DNA of 64,000 nt from an uncultured Streptococcus sp. (lineage in GTDB: Bacteria; Bacillota; Bacilli; Lactobacillales; Aerococcaceae): assembly GCA_963521405.1 (NCBI GenBank), contig CAUQUY010000001.1, forward strand, positions 58,938 to 122,937. The letters run 5' to 3'. Positions 37,533 through 45,865 of the stretch are shown here, piece after piece; position 1 is the stretch's first letter; the number at the start of each line of letters is the position of its first letter. The position numbers and the translations under genes were made by a program. Below the pieces are notes generated by a model. The model saw only the letters and a program-made list of their open reading frames with translations, made no database searches and was not told where the DNA came from.

Positions 37533-38537
37533 ATGACAGAAAATCGTAATCACGGCTTTAGAATTCGTTTTTACTTCGGACTTATTTTAATTATTGCCGC
37601 TTGCGTCGTCGGATTTTTCAACTTCCAAAAACCAGACGCTAAAAAAATCTATGAAGACGGAAAAGCTCTTCCCTTCAGTTCAAGCAATGACGATAAAGAA
37701 TCAGCTCTAAAAATTACGGATATCTCAAAAGAGCCTGTTATCGAAGTAGATAAAGGAAAAACATATATCTACATTGTTGAATATGAAAAAGCAGGTACTT
37801 CAAAAGGAAAAGAACCTGGTTATATCGGTCTTGAATTAACAAAAGAAGATGCTGCAAAATTAGTCGCAAAAGCTGATACAATGCAAGACAATCCAGAATA
37901 TGTTTACGGTACAATCATTTATTCATACCGTAATAAACATGCGATTCAAAACTACAGCGACTTAATTACTCAAGCGTTCAAAAACTATAACCTTCTACAA
38001 GCTGGTGCAGACACACAATTCTACTTCTCTCAAACAGAAGCTAGCTCTGCAAAAAAAGGTGGATTAATGGTTGCGGCAGGTCTTACACTCGCAGGGCTTG
38101 TATTTATCGGTTTAGCGTTCTTGAAACGTAAAAAAGTTGGTGCGGCTTACGACGAAATGTACGCTGCTTACCCAGAATTACGTGGCAACTTAGATTTACT
38201 ACGTACAAACGCTACTTATGCGGATGACGAAACATATGTATACATCTACAAAAACCACTTCTTCACTACTTGGAGCGGCTTAGAAGTATACGACTTAACA
38301 AAAGCAAAACGCGTTTACCACTATCAGTTATCACACAAGAGATACGGAATTACAACGAACATTGAATCATTCCTAATCTTCTTGTCAGACGACAGATCAT
38401 ACAAAGGTAAGAAAAAGAAAATTGAAATTAAGAACGTCGGTGAAGAAACAGATGACTTCTTACAACCATTCTTCCGTGCAGTTGCCCAAGAATTCCCTGA
38501 CACAGCTGTGGGGTATGAAAATAATAGACCTTTCTAG
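37533..38537 (+). CDS. two-TM membrane protein of unknown function, array paralog 2
   Basis: ORF track 37416..38537, trimmed to MTENRNHGFRIRFYFG at 37533, which matches the paralog-3 N-terminus. 334 aa, ending GYENNRPF. Confidence 0.85.
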   Translation: MTENRNHGFRIRFYFGLILIIAACVVGFFNFQKPDAKKIYEDGKALPFSSSNDDKESALKITDISKEPVIEVDKGKTYIYIVEYEKAGTSKGKEPGYIGLELTKEDAAKLVAKADTMQDNPEYVYGTIIYSYRNKHAIQNYSDLITQAFKNYNLLQAGADTQFYFSQTEASSAKKGGLMVAAGLTLAGLVFIGLAFLKRKKVGAAYDEMYAAYPELRGNLDLLRTNATYADDETYVYIYKNHFFTTWSGLEVYDLTKAKRVYHYQLSHKRYGITTNIESFLIFLSDDRSYKGKKKKIEIKNVGEETDDFLQPFFRAVAQEFPDTAVGYENNRPF

Positions 38538-38680
38538 GATGTGAGAAAAAGCGTTCAGAGGCGATGACGGTTCGCAGTTTAGCCGTAAGCGGTCTGAAAG
38601 ACCGTGCGGACTAAACTCGAAAGGCTTGAGCCTCTGCTTTTTCGAGCTCAACTTCACAGGATGTGAGACATCGCTCACCT
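38535..38680. repeat. type-2 mosaic repeat, locus c (starts with the TAG stop codon of paralog 2)
   Basis: TAGGATGTGAGAAAAAGCG...GACCGTGCGGAC...GAAAGGCTTGAGCCTCTGCTTTTTCGAGCTCAACTTCACAGGATGTGAGACATCGCTCAC. The GACCGTGCGGAC/GAAAGGCTTGAG(C/T)CTCTGCTTTT module recurs at 48.5 kb. Confidence 0.8.
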
Positions 38681-38703
38681 AAACAAAATAACAGACACCA
38701 TAA

Positions 38704-38730
38704 AGGACTCGCACTGCGAGTCCTTTTTTA
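38704..38730 (+). terminator. rho-independent terminator after paralog 2 and its repeat
   Basis: AGGACTCGCACTGCGAGTCCT followed by TTTTTA. Confidence 0.8.
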
Positions 38731-38753
38731 GTTCATTTTCATTAAGAATCAAC

Positions 38754-38782
38754 TTGCAAAAAATCATTATCTAGAGTACTGT
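38754..38782 (+). promoter_or_regulatory. putative sigma-A promoter of paralog 3
   Basis: TTGCAA, 17-nt spacer, TACTGT. The spacer (..ATTATCTAGAG) parallels the paralog-2 promoter spacer (..TATTTTCTAGAG). Confidence 0.5.
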
Positions 38783-38820
38783 TAATTTAATCAATATTAT
38801 TGCAAAGGAGTTTTTATTTT

Positions 38821-39831
38821 ATGACAGAAAATCGTAACCACGGTTTTAATATCCGTTTTTATTTCGGAGTAATTTTATTAATTGTAGCTGCCGTCCTTGC
38901 TTTCTTCGCTCTCAAGAAAGTAGACGTTGACACATTGGTAAAGGACAATAAATTCTTTACTCACTATTCTTCAAAGGATGGCGATCAACTAGCTGTCAAA
39001 ATCACACAAATTACAGCTAACCCTGTAATTACCGTGGATAATGGAAATTCATACGTATACATTATTGAGTATGAAGATGAAGGTAAAGAGGCAAACGGCC
39101 AAAAAAAATACGCTTATGTAGGTCTTGAACTCGATAAAGAGACTGCTCAAAAATTAGTCGCAAAGAATAGTACTTTACCAGATAACCCTGAGATAATGGC
39201 CGTTACCCTTGTGGACTCTTCTAGAAACAAAGGAGCTATTCGAAACTACGACGACCTTATGCTCAATGGTTTCAAGAGCTATAATTTAATTGAACAAGAG
39301 ATTGAATATAGAGACTACTTATCTATCTCTGACAAATCATCTACTCAAAAAACTCAATTAATCATCGCTGCTGGTCTTACACTCGCAGGTCTTGTATTTA
39401 TCGGTTTAGCGTTCTGGAAACGTAAAAAAGTTAGTGCGGCTTACGATGAAATTTACGCTGCTTACCCAGAATTACGTGACAACTTGGATTTATTAAAAAC
39501 AAATGCAACTTATGTCGACGATGAAATGTTTGTATACATCTACAAAAACCACTTCTTCACTACTTGGAGCGGCTTAGAAGTATACGACATTACAAAAGCA
39601 AATCGAGTTTACCACTATCAAGTAACACACAAGAAATATGGAGTGACAACAAATATTGACTCATTCCTCATCTTCTTATCAGATGACAAATCATACCGTG
39701 GTAAGAAAACGAAGATTGCTATCCATAATATTGGGGAAGAAACCGATGACTTCTTACAATCATTCTTCCACACTGTAGCCCAAGAATTCCCTAACGTAGC
39801 AGTAGGATATGAAAATAATAGACCATTCTAG
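38821..39831 (+). CDS. two-TM membrane protein of unknown function, array paralog 3
   Basis: ORF track 38800..39831, trimmed to MTENRNHGFNIRFYFG at 38821. 336 aa. The TM2 and C-terminal half is nearly identical to paralog 2, even at the nucleotide level. Confidence 0.85.
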   Translation: MTENRNHGFNIRFYFGVILLIVAAVLAFFALKKVDVDTLVKDNKFFTHYSSKDGDQLAVKITQITANPVITVDNGNSYVYIIEYEDEGKEANGQKKYAYVGLELDKETAQKLVAKNSTLPDNPEIMAVTLVDSSRNKGAIRNYDDLMLNGFKSYNLIEQEIEYRDYLSISDKSSTQKTQLIIAAGLTLAGLVFIGLAFWKRKKVSAAYDEIYAAYPELRDNLDLLKTNATYVDDEMFVYIYKNHFFTTWSGLEVYDITKANRVYHYQVTHKKYGVTTNIDSFLIFLSDDKSYRGKKTKIAIHNIGEETDDFLQSFFHTVAQEFPNVAVGYENNRPF

Positions 39832-40135
39832 GATGTGAGACATCGCGCTCAGAAATGGAACGTTGGAAAATCCTTCACAGTGCGAAGGATTTGAAACAAA
39901 AGAAAAGGAACGTGAAACGTTCTGCGGACGTTTCGGGAAACGCACGCCATTTCTGCGATGGCGAGCTCGACTTCACAAGGATGTGAGCCCGAGCTCGACT
40001 AGGCAGAAAGACAGAAGCTAAGAATGACTTCACAGTGTGAAGTCATTCTGCTTCGTAGTCTTTCGTCCGCAAAGTTTATTAGACATTCTTGAATCACGAG
40101 TGATGAAAAGAATGTCAATAAACCACTGCGCTGAT
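39829..40135. repeat. type-2 mosaic repeat array, locus d (starts with the TAG stop of paralog 3)
   Basis: TAGGATGTGAGACATCGCGCTCAGAAATGGAACGTTGGAAAATCCTTCACAGTGCGAAGGATTT...GGAACGTGAAACGTTCTGCGGACGTTTCGGGAAACGCACGCCATTTCTGCGATGGCGAGCTCGACTTCACAAGGATGTGAGCCCGAGCTCGAC, then the TAGGCAGAAAGAC module (40000-40135), which is shared almost verbatim with 41358-41490. Confidence 0.85.
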
Positions 40136-40215
40136 GTGGCTGCGTATAATTATGAAGAGGTATCCCGAGAGCAAGTGGTTTCTGCGCTCTCCCCTTCTCC
40201 AGTACTAAACCCACC

Positions 40216-40247
40216 AAACCGACTCGCAATGCGGGTCGGTTTTTTTA
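40216..40247 (+). terminator. rho-independent terminator after paralog 3 and its repeats
   Basis: AAACCGACTCGCAATGCGGGTCGGT followed by TTTTTTT. Confidence 0.8.
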
Positions 40248-40292
40248 TATGCAAATCCAATAAATTCTCTCCATTAAAGTGAAAAATTTATT

Positions 40293-40321
40293 TTGCAGTT
40301 CAAAATTATTTGTGGTATATT
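40293..40321 (+). promoter_or_regulatory. putative sigma-A promoter of paralog 4
   Basis: TTGCAG, 17-nt spacer, TATATT. Confidence 0.55.
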
Positions 40322-40358
40322 ATATCTATCATATAACCCACTTTAAAGGAGAATAATC

Positions 40359-41360
40359 ATGACTGAAAAACGCAGTACTAAAACCATTATTGGCTTAATC
40401 ATCGCTGGAGTTCTTGCTATTATCGTTGCTCTTGGCGCTCTAGGATTCTTCCAGTTCTACCAAACTGCTGACAATTTATACAAACAAGGTAACGTCTTCG
40501 GTGAAGTACCAATGAAAGACGGAGCTTACACTGCTGTTAAGATTACTGGTTATGCCAAAAATCCTATTGCTACAATCGATGGAGGCACAAAATTATACTT
40601 AATCGAGTTTTCTAAAACAGATACAGATGATTTTGGTTATGCAAGTATTGAAGTCAAAGACGGCGATAAATTAATTGATAAATTAAACGCTGCCGATGAT
40701 CTTGTAGAAAACCCTGTTATCGTTGCTGCTAAAATCCGTAAATCCGGTGCAGACGGTGCCGTCCGTAACTATACTATTGAATTTAAAGATACAATTAGCG
40801 AAAACGAAACAATTTCAAAACTAGCCGAAACTGAATACTATGCTTCTGTTTACGAATTTGACAAAGACCGTCAATTCTCATATATCATTGCTGGTATCGC
40901 TGGTATTATTGCTCTAGTATTCTTCTACAGTGCTTTCGCAACACGTAAGAGCGAAGACAAAGCGTACAACGAATTATACAGTGCTTATCCAGAATTAAAC
41001 TACTCTATGGATTCTGTATTAGAAGATGCTACTTATGTTGATAACCAATTAGGAATCGTTTTATACAAACACCACCTACTTGCGACATACAAGAATTTCC
41101 AAGTATACGACTTAACAAAAGCTGAGCGTATCTACCACTACATCTACACTCAAAAATCTTACGGAATGACGGTTAGCCGTACTTCACAATTAATGGTGAT
41201 TACAAACGACAAATCATACCGTAGAAAAAAAACTGGCCTTGTGATTAACAACGTCGGTGACGAAACAGATGACTTACTACAACCATTCTTCTACGCAGTA
41301 AGCCAAGAATTCCCAGACATCCTATTAGGATTCGAAAACAAAAGCAAGAGACCGTTTTAG
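40359..41360 (+). CDS. two-TM membrane protein of unknown function, array paralog 4
   Basis: 333 aa with an AAGGAG RBS. Same architecture as the others. C-terminal blocks YSAYPEL, QVYDLTKAERIYHY, NNVGDETDDLLQPFF and SQEFPD, ending GFENKSKRPF. Confidence 0.85.
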   Translation: MTEKRSTKTIIGLIIAGVLAIIVALGALGFFQFYQTADNLYKQGNVFGEVPMKDGAYTAVKITGYAKNPIATIDGGTKLYLIEFSKTDTDDFGYASIEVKDGDKLIDKLNAADDLVENPVIVAAKIRKSGADGAVRNYTIEFKDTISENETISKLAETEYYASVYEFDKDRQFSYIIAGIAGIIALVFFYSAFATRKSEDKAYNELYSAYPELNYSMDSVLEDATYVDNQLGIVLYKHHLLATYKNFQVYDLTKAERIYHYIYTQKSYGMTVSRTSQLMVITNDKSYRRKKTGLVINNVGDETDDLLQPFFYAVSQEFPDILLGFENKSKRPF

Positions 41361-41490
41361 GCAGAAAGACAGAATCCAAGAATGATTTCACAGTGTGAAG
41401 TCATTCTGCTTCGTAGTCTTTCGCCCGCAAAGTTTATTAGGCATTCTTGAATCACGAGTGATGAAAAGAATGTCAATAAACCACTGCGTT
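41358..41490. repeat. type-2 repeat, TAGGCAGAAAGAC module (starts with the TAG stop of paralog 4)
   Basis: TAGGCAGAAAGACAGAATCCAAGAATGATTTCACAGTGTGAAGTCATTCTGCTTCGTAGTCTTTCGCCCGCAAAGTTTATTAGGCATTCTTGAATCACGAGTGATGAAAAGAATGTCAATAAACCACTGCG. Only a handful of substitutions separate it from 40000-40130. Confidence 0.85.
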
Positions 41491-41533
41491 GAAGTGTTTA
41501 GCTCAACTCCCCGTCTTCAAAACTAAATAAACC

Positions 41534-41571
41534 AAAAAAGAACCGCCATTTTCTCTATGGCGGTTCTTTTG
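41534..41571. terminator. bidirectional terminator hairpin (paralog 4 / FNT gene convergent)
   Basis: AAAAAAGAACCGCCATTTTCTCTATGGCGGTTCTTTTG. Confidence 0.8.
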
Positions 41572-41592
41572 CTTTACAATATTCATTTTTGA

Positions 41593-42393
41593 TTAATCAA
41601 CATATGAAGTTTTTGTACGGTTTAAGAATGCATAAGCTAACCCGATTAAGATTCCTCCACCAATCCAGTTCCCAACAAATGATACTGACCAATGACGAAT
41701 AATATTTAGCCAATTCAAGGCATCGATTGAGTTTCCAACGGGTGAGAATTTCACGATAGAGAACGATGCAAAATTCGCCACTACGTGTTCATTTACTAGG
41801 TAAACGAACATAAAAATTGCAGAAATAACAATCCATAATTTTGCTTCTTCACTCTTGATTAAAATGAATGAAAGAATCGCAACGTTAACAAAGACATTTG
41901 CTAAAATACCTTCTAATAAAATTAGTTCGTTTGAACGAGACAATTTCAATTCAGCAACTTTTGCTATGAATTCATTGACAGTGATTCCGTTAAATGCTGA
42001 ACTATTTGCGAATAACGCTCCTATAAACATGGCCCCAACTAAATTAAATAGCGTACAATAGAATAAAATAGCAATTGCTTTAGACCATTTAATATGCTTT
42101 TGATAAGCTCCCGCTGTTAAGAACATCATATTTGAAGTAGCTAACTCTCCATTTAAAAATACAACATAAACTAATCCCCAAGTGAAGATAAATGCAAAAG
42201 TAAATCTACTTAGCGCAGGGTTTAATCCAGCTATAATTTGTGCTGCATGAGCTCCTGCAGCTGTACTCATCGTTAAAAATGCACCTGCAAACATTGAACG
42301 TAGTGCATAACGCATTTTACTCTCGTCAAAAAGTGCCTCCTTTTTTTGACATGCTTTTTCAAGTTTTGTATTGAACTCACTCGTGTGTTCCAT
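41593..42393 (-). CDS. formate/nitrite transporter (FNT) family protein
   Basis: 266 aa, six-TM FNT pattern (FAGAFLTMSTAAG, NGELATSNMMF, NWIGGGILIGLAY). Confidence 0.85.
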   Translation of the reverse strand: MEHTSEFNTKLEKACQKKEALFDESKMRYALRSMFAGAFLTMSTAAGAHAAQIIAGLNPALSRFTFAFIFTWGLVYVVFLNGELATSNMMFLTAGAYQKHIKWSKAIAILFYCTLFNLVGAMFIGALFANSSAFNGITVNEFIAKVAELKLSRSNELILLEGILANVFVNVAILSFILIKSEEAKLWIVISAIFMFVYLVNEHVVANFASFSIVKFSPVGNSIDALNWLNIIRHWSVSFVGNWIGGGILIGLAYAFLNRTKTSYVD

Positions 42394-42544
42394 AACATTC
42401 CTCCTAAAAATTAATTACACTTTAGTATACCATTTTTATCACAAATGCAAAGTCTTTTCTATTGTTTTTGGCAAAAAGTCCTTTACAAGTTTTATGAAGA
42501 TTGTTAGAATGAGGGCTGATTAAAATAGCCTAAAGGAGATTCTC

Positions 42545-42943
42545 ATGAAAAAAATTATTGGAATTTTGGCGACTGCACTCTTCTTAACAGCGTGTGGACA
42601 AGCCCCAACGACAACAACGACTACGGAAACAACCACTGCAACAACTGCAGCGCAATCGACAACAGCGACACTCAACATCACAAAAGACGGACAAGCCATT
42701 GAAGGTAGCCCGTTCACCCTTACCTTCAAAGAAGGCGATAATCTTCTAGACGTGATGAAAGCACAACTAAAAATCGTTGAGAAAGACGGCTTTATCTCTT
42801 CTATTAACGGTGTGGAACAAGTCCCAGCCGAAAACAAATACTGGTTATTCGACGTGAACGGTACGATGAGCCCTGTCGGTGCAAAAGAAGTCATCCTAAA
42901 AGCAGGCGACGTCATCGACTGGAAACTCAATAAACTTCAATAG
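42545..42943 (+). CDS. DUF4430-domain lipoprotein (transcobalamin-like fold family)
   Basis: 132 aa with the lipobox FLTAC, a Thr-rich linker and the block GFISSINGVEQVPAENKYWLFDVNG...GAKEVILKAGDVIDWKL, typical of DUF4430. Confidence 0.7.
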   Translation: MKKIIGILATALFLTACGQAPTTTTTTETTTATTAAQSTTATLNITKDGQAIEGSPFTLTFKEGDNLLDVMKAQLKIVEKDGFISSINGVEQVPAENKYWLFDVNGTMSPVGAKEVILKAGDVIDWKLNKLQ

Positions 42944-42947
42944 TCCG

Positions 42948-43472
42948 ATGGTCAATTCAACTAAAAAAATCACCCTTATCGCCCTACTATCAGCCTTTTG
43001 CGTGATTGGAAGACTTGGACTTCTCTCACTTCCAAATGTTCAACCGATTACCGTTGTGGTCATTTGGATTACGCTAGAGCTTGGCCTTTTGTACGGTGTT
43101 GCTATTGGGAGCATCTCCATGTTGATTTCCAACCTTTTAGTAGGAATGGGGCCGTGGACGCTCTATCAGATGATTAGTTTTGCCCTCGTCTGCACTTGTG
43201 CATTGCTTCTTCGTCCGTTGTGGAGAAAAAGAAAACAATTCCCGCGCCTAGCTTGGATTCTTTTTCCAATCTTTGCAGGACTTATGGGCTACTTATATGG
43301 CTTTATTATCTCGATTTTCTGGGTATACAGCATGCCCGGTCTGAACTTCTGGATTTACTACTTAAACGGCGTTCTATTCGATACGTACCACGCCATCGGA
43401 AATGTCGTATTCTGGATCTTATTGATTCCACTGTTCGAGAAACTAAATCCATTCAAAATGCTACAAAAATAA
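42948..43472 (+). CDS. ECF-transporter S-component-like membrane protein (usual partner of DUF4430 genes)
   Basis: 174 aa, 5-6 TM helices. Starts 5 nt after the DUF4430 gene. Confidence 0.55.
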   Translation: MVNSTKKITLIALLSAFCVIGRLGLLSLPNVQPITVVVIWITLELGLLYGVAIGSISMLISNLLVGMGPWTLYQMISFALVCTCALLLRPLWRKRKQFPRLAWILFPIFAGLMGYLYGFIISIFWVYSMPGLNFWIYYLNGVLFDTYHAIGNVVFWILLIPLFEKLNPFKMLQK

Positions 43473-43544
43473 AAACAGACTTAAAATCTCCCTTGTAAAA
43501 GGTTGGTTTTAAGTCTGTTTTTTTCTTTATAAATGATGATTTAA

Positions 43545-43585
43545 AATCTTTACGGATATCTTCATAGTAGGGATCATAAGGAACG
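43545..43585. repeat. type-1 repeat, solo arm fragment
   Basis: AATCTTTACGGATATCTTCATAGTAGGGATCATAAGGAACG matches the arm consensus (..ACGGATATCTTCATAGTAG..) of copies B and C. Confidence 0.65.
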
Positions 43586-43589
43586 CTTA

Positions 43590-44618
43590 TTAATTCTTTT
43601 CCGGATTTCGAATAAATTCCCAAATCTTAGACACGTCGTCTAAACTCCTTGACACTTTTGTATTGACATCCACTGTCCCTTCTGCGTCATAAACATTGTG
43701 CACTCCGTACAGAACAATTTCATTTTTTGTATTTACATATACTAATTTTAGATTGATAACCCTGTCTTCTTTCGAGTCTCCTGGATAATTAACGAACAGC
43801 ACCTGTTTGATATCTTTAGGATAATGATTATAGAGCTGCTCTATCTTCGAATCATCCTTATCAAACTTTACTCCGGTCCCTGCATAATACGAGATCGTAT
43901 TATTCTCAAGAAGCACGGTATTTGCTATATCTTTTTGCAAATTGATTTGTAGCTTTGGAGCCATCTTAACGATACCCTTAGTATTCCAAAGATATACAAC
44001 ATCCTGTTTATCAATAAAATAGCTACCTTGAATATCTTTCACATTATCCATTATCTTTGTAAATTCCCCGTCATACTGCTTAAAATAAACAGTTCCGTCC
44101 TTCGTTAACGCAAAAAATCTCCAAGCTGAATCTCCCATCGATGATACTTTGACGACATCTTTAACATCTTCAATTTTCGTTAATTCTTTGAAATCTTTGT
44201 CGAATCCATTATATGGTTTTATCCCATAAGCATACAAGTAACCATCCTTATCAACTGCTAAGAGTCCCATTTGAGTTCCGGATGCCATAACGATATTGCT
44301 ACCGATTTTTTTCGGTTCGCCACCTTCTCCGATATACAAATCGTTATTATTATCAATCCAAACTTCTGAAGATACTACTTGTTTCACATTTTCAATATAT
44401 TTCGTTAGAGATTCGGTAAATTTATCGTAATTCTCCATTTGAACGCCTCTACCAATATAATAGACGTTCCCTTTATTAGACAGTACCTTTATTCCCTGGG
44501 ATGTTAAATCATACTGTGCGACTTCTTCTGCTCCAAGGTTTCCACATGCAGCAAAAATAACTACACACACCAACACTAGAAGCATCCCTAATAATCTTTT
44601 TGTTTTTTTCATTGTCAT
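43590..44618 (-). CDS. hypothetical lipoprotein with repeated beta-strand motifs (beta-propeller/RCC1-like appearance)
   Basis: 342 aa with the lipobox IFAACG and recurring motifs (AVDKDGYLYAYG, ALTKDGTVYF, DKQDVVYLW, NNDLYIG). AT-rich. Confidence 0.6.
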   Translation of the reverse strand: MTMKKTKRLLGMLLVLVCVVIFAACGNLGAEEVAQYDLTSQGIKVLSNKGNVYYIGRGVQMENYDKFTESLTKYIENVKQVVSSEVWIDNNNDLYIGEGGEPKKIGSNIVMASGTQMGLLAVDKDGYLYAYGIKPYNGFDKDFKELTKIEDVKDVVKVSSMGDSAWRFFALTKDGTVYFKQYDGEFTKIMDNVKDIQGSYFIDKQDVVYLWNTKGIVKMAPKLQINLQKDIANTVLLENNTISYYAGTGVKFDKDDSKIEQLYNHYPKDIKQVLFVNYPGDSKEDRVINLKLVYVNTKNEIVLYGVHNVYDAEGTVDVNTKVSRSLDDVSKIWEFIRNPEKN

Positions 44619-44651
44619 ACTTCTTTTTGATAATTTTCAAATGACGATTAC

Positions 44652-45698
44652 TTATTTTAGTTGATAATTCAATATATCTTTTTCTAATTTTTGGATAGGG
44701 TACTGCGCCTTCAACTTTATTTTTTGATTGTTACATCCAGCGTAGCCTTGCACGACATCCACTTGTGGAATGACCACCCAATCTCCAAGAACTTCTTGCG
44801 CGCCTTCTGTGTTTTCATCCAAAATGCACACGAAACGGTATTCTCTTTCGTGTTGCCACTCTTTGAATTTTGCAAAGGTCGCCTTAATATAGAAATTCAG
44901 ATTCGAATACGAGAATTGATTGCTATTGCTTCTCGTGTTCGGACGTTTATCAATATATTCCACCGGGCCGTATACACAAAGGCCATCTACCTTCAAGGAA
45001 TGGATTTTATCCAAAAGACTCGTATACGAATACTCCAGCGCATAACCCGCGTGGCTATTGGCGTAATAAGACCACATTAAAATATTATCTGCGGCGTGCG
45101 TAAAGCAAAACACACGGAAGAAATCCATCATCGAATGGCCGTCCGCGTAGTAGCAATTACAGTCAAACGGGTCGTTGAAATGCTTCGGATGACTAAACGA
45201 CACATTCCCTTCCACCACCTGATACGGATTCTTCTCAATCGTTTCCTTGGCATAGTACTTCACAAAAACTTGTCGTTCTTCTCGAATCGCTGCTTCTGCC
45301 TTTTTAAAATACGTCTCAACGTCTTCTTTAAATACCCCTTGAAACTGTTCGACTAACTGATCTGGTGCTAAAAATCCAAGTCTGATATTCTTCGCGAGCT
45401 GGTCATTGAACTCTTTATCCGCCTTTTCTACGTCAAACCCTTGCGGAATCTTCGTATTCGCATTTTGAATATACACAATCTTTTTACACTCTAGGTCAGC
45501 CGGTTCTTTCGTCGGTTGTTTAAACAGCGACACAAACACTTTCTCTTTTGTTTTGCGGTTGGCTACTAAAAAACAATTACTATCTAAGAAGGATTCCACC
45601 AAGCGGTACTCTTTATGCGTTTGTAAAAATGTCGCCTTAGCAATCAAATAACGATACAGCTCGATGTCCTCTTTTAAAATGATTTTCAACAACCCCAC
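44652..45698 (-). CDS. DUF2971-domain protein with an extra roughly 160-aa N-terminal region
   Basis: 348 aa. DUF2971-type blocks FSHPKHFNDPFDC, FCFTHAADNILMWSYYANSHAGYALEY and FAKFKEWQHEREYRFV. Confidence 0.7.
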   Translation of the reverse strand: MGLLKIILKEDIELYRYLIAKATFLQTHKEYRLVESFLDSNCFLVANRKTKEKVFVSLFKQPTKEPADLECKKIVYIQNANTKIPQGFDVEKADKEFNDQLAKNIRLGFLAPDQLVEQFQGVFKEDVETYFKKAEAAIREERQVFVKYYAKETIEKNPYQVVEGNVSFSHPKHFNDPFDCNCYYADGHSMMDFFRVFCFTHAADNILMWSYYANSHAGYALEYSYTSLLDKIHSLKVDGLCVYGPVEYIDKRPNTRSNSNQFSYSNLNFYIKATFAKFKEWQHEREYRFVCILDENTEGAQEVLGDWVVIPQVDVVQGYAGCNNQKIKLKAQYPIQKLEKDILNYQLK

Positions 45699-45865
45699 CT
45701 CCTCACTGAAAGTATATCATTTCTTTCTATCGGTTTAAACATTCTCATAAACTATGCACAAAACTCCCCAAAGTCCCGAGCACCTTTCCCTTCACGAAAA
45801 GAAGACTCATTTTTATAAACATGCAAAAGAGGCACTCCTCTTTTTAGTATGCTCATAAAAAATGG

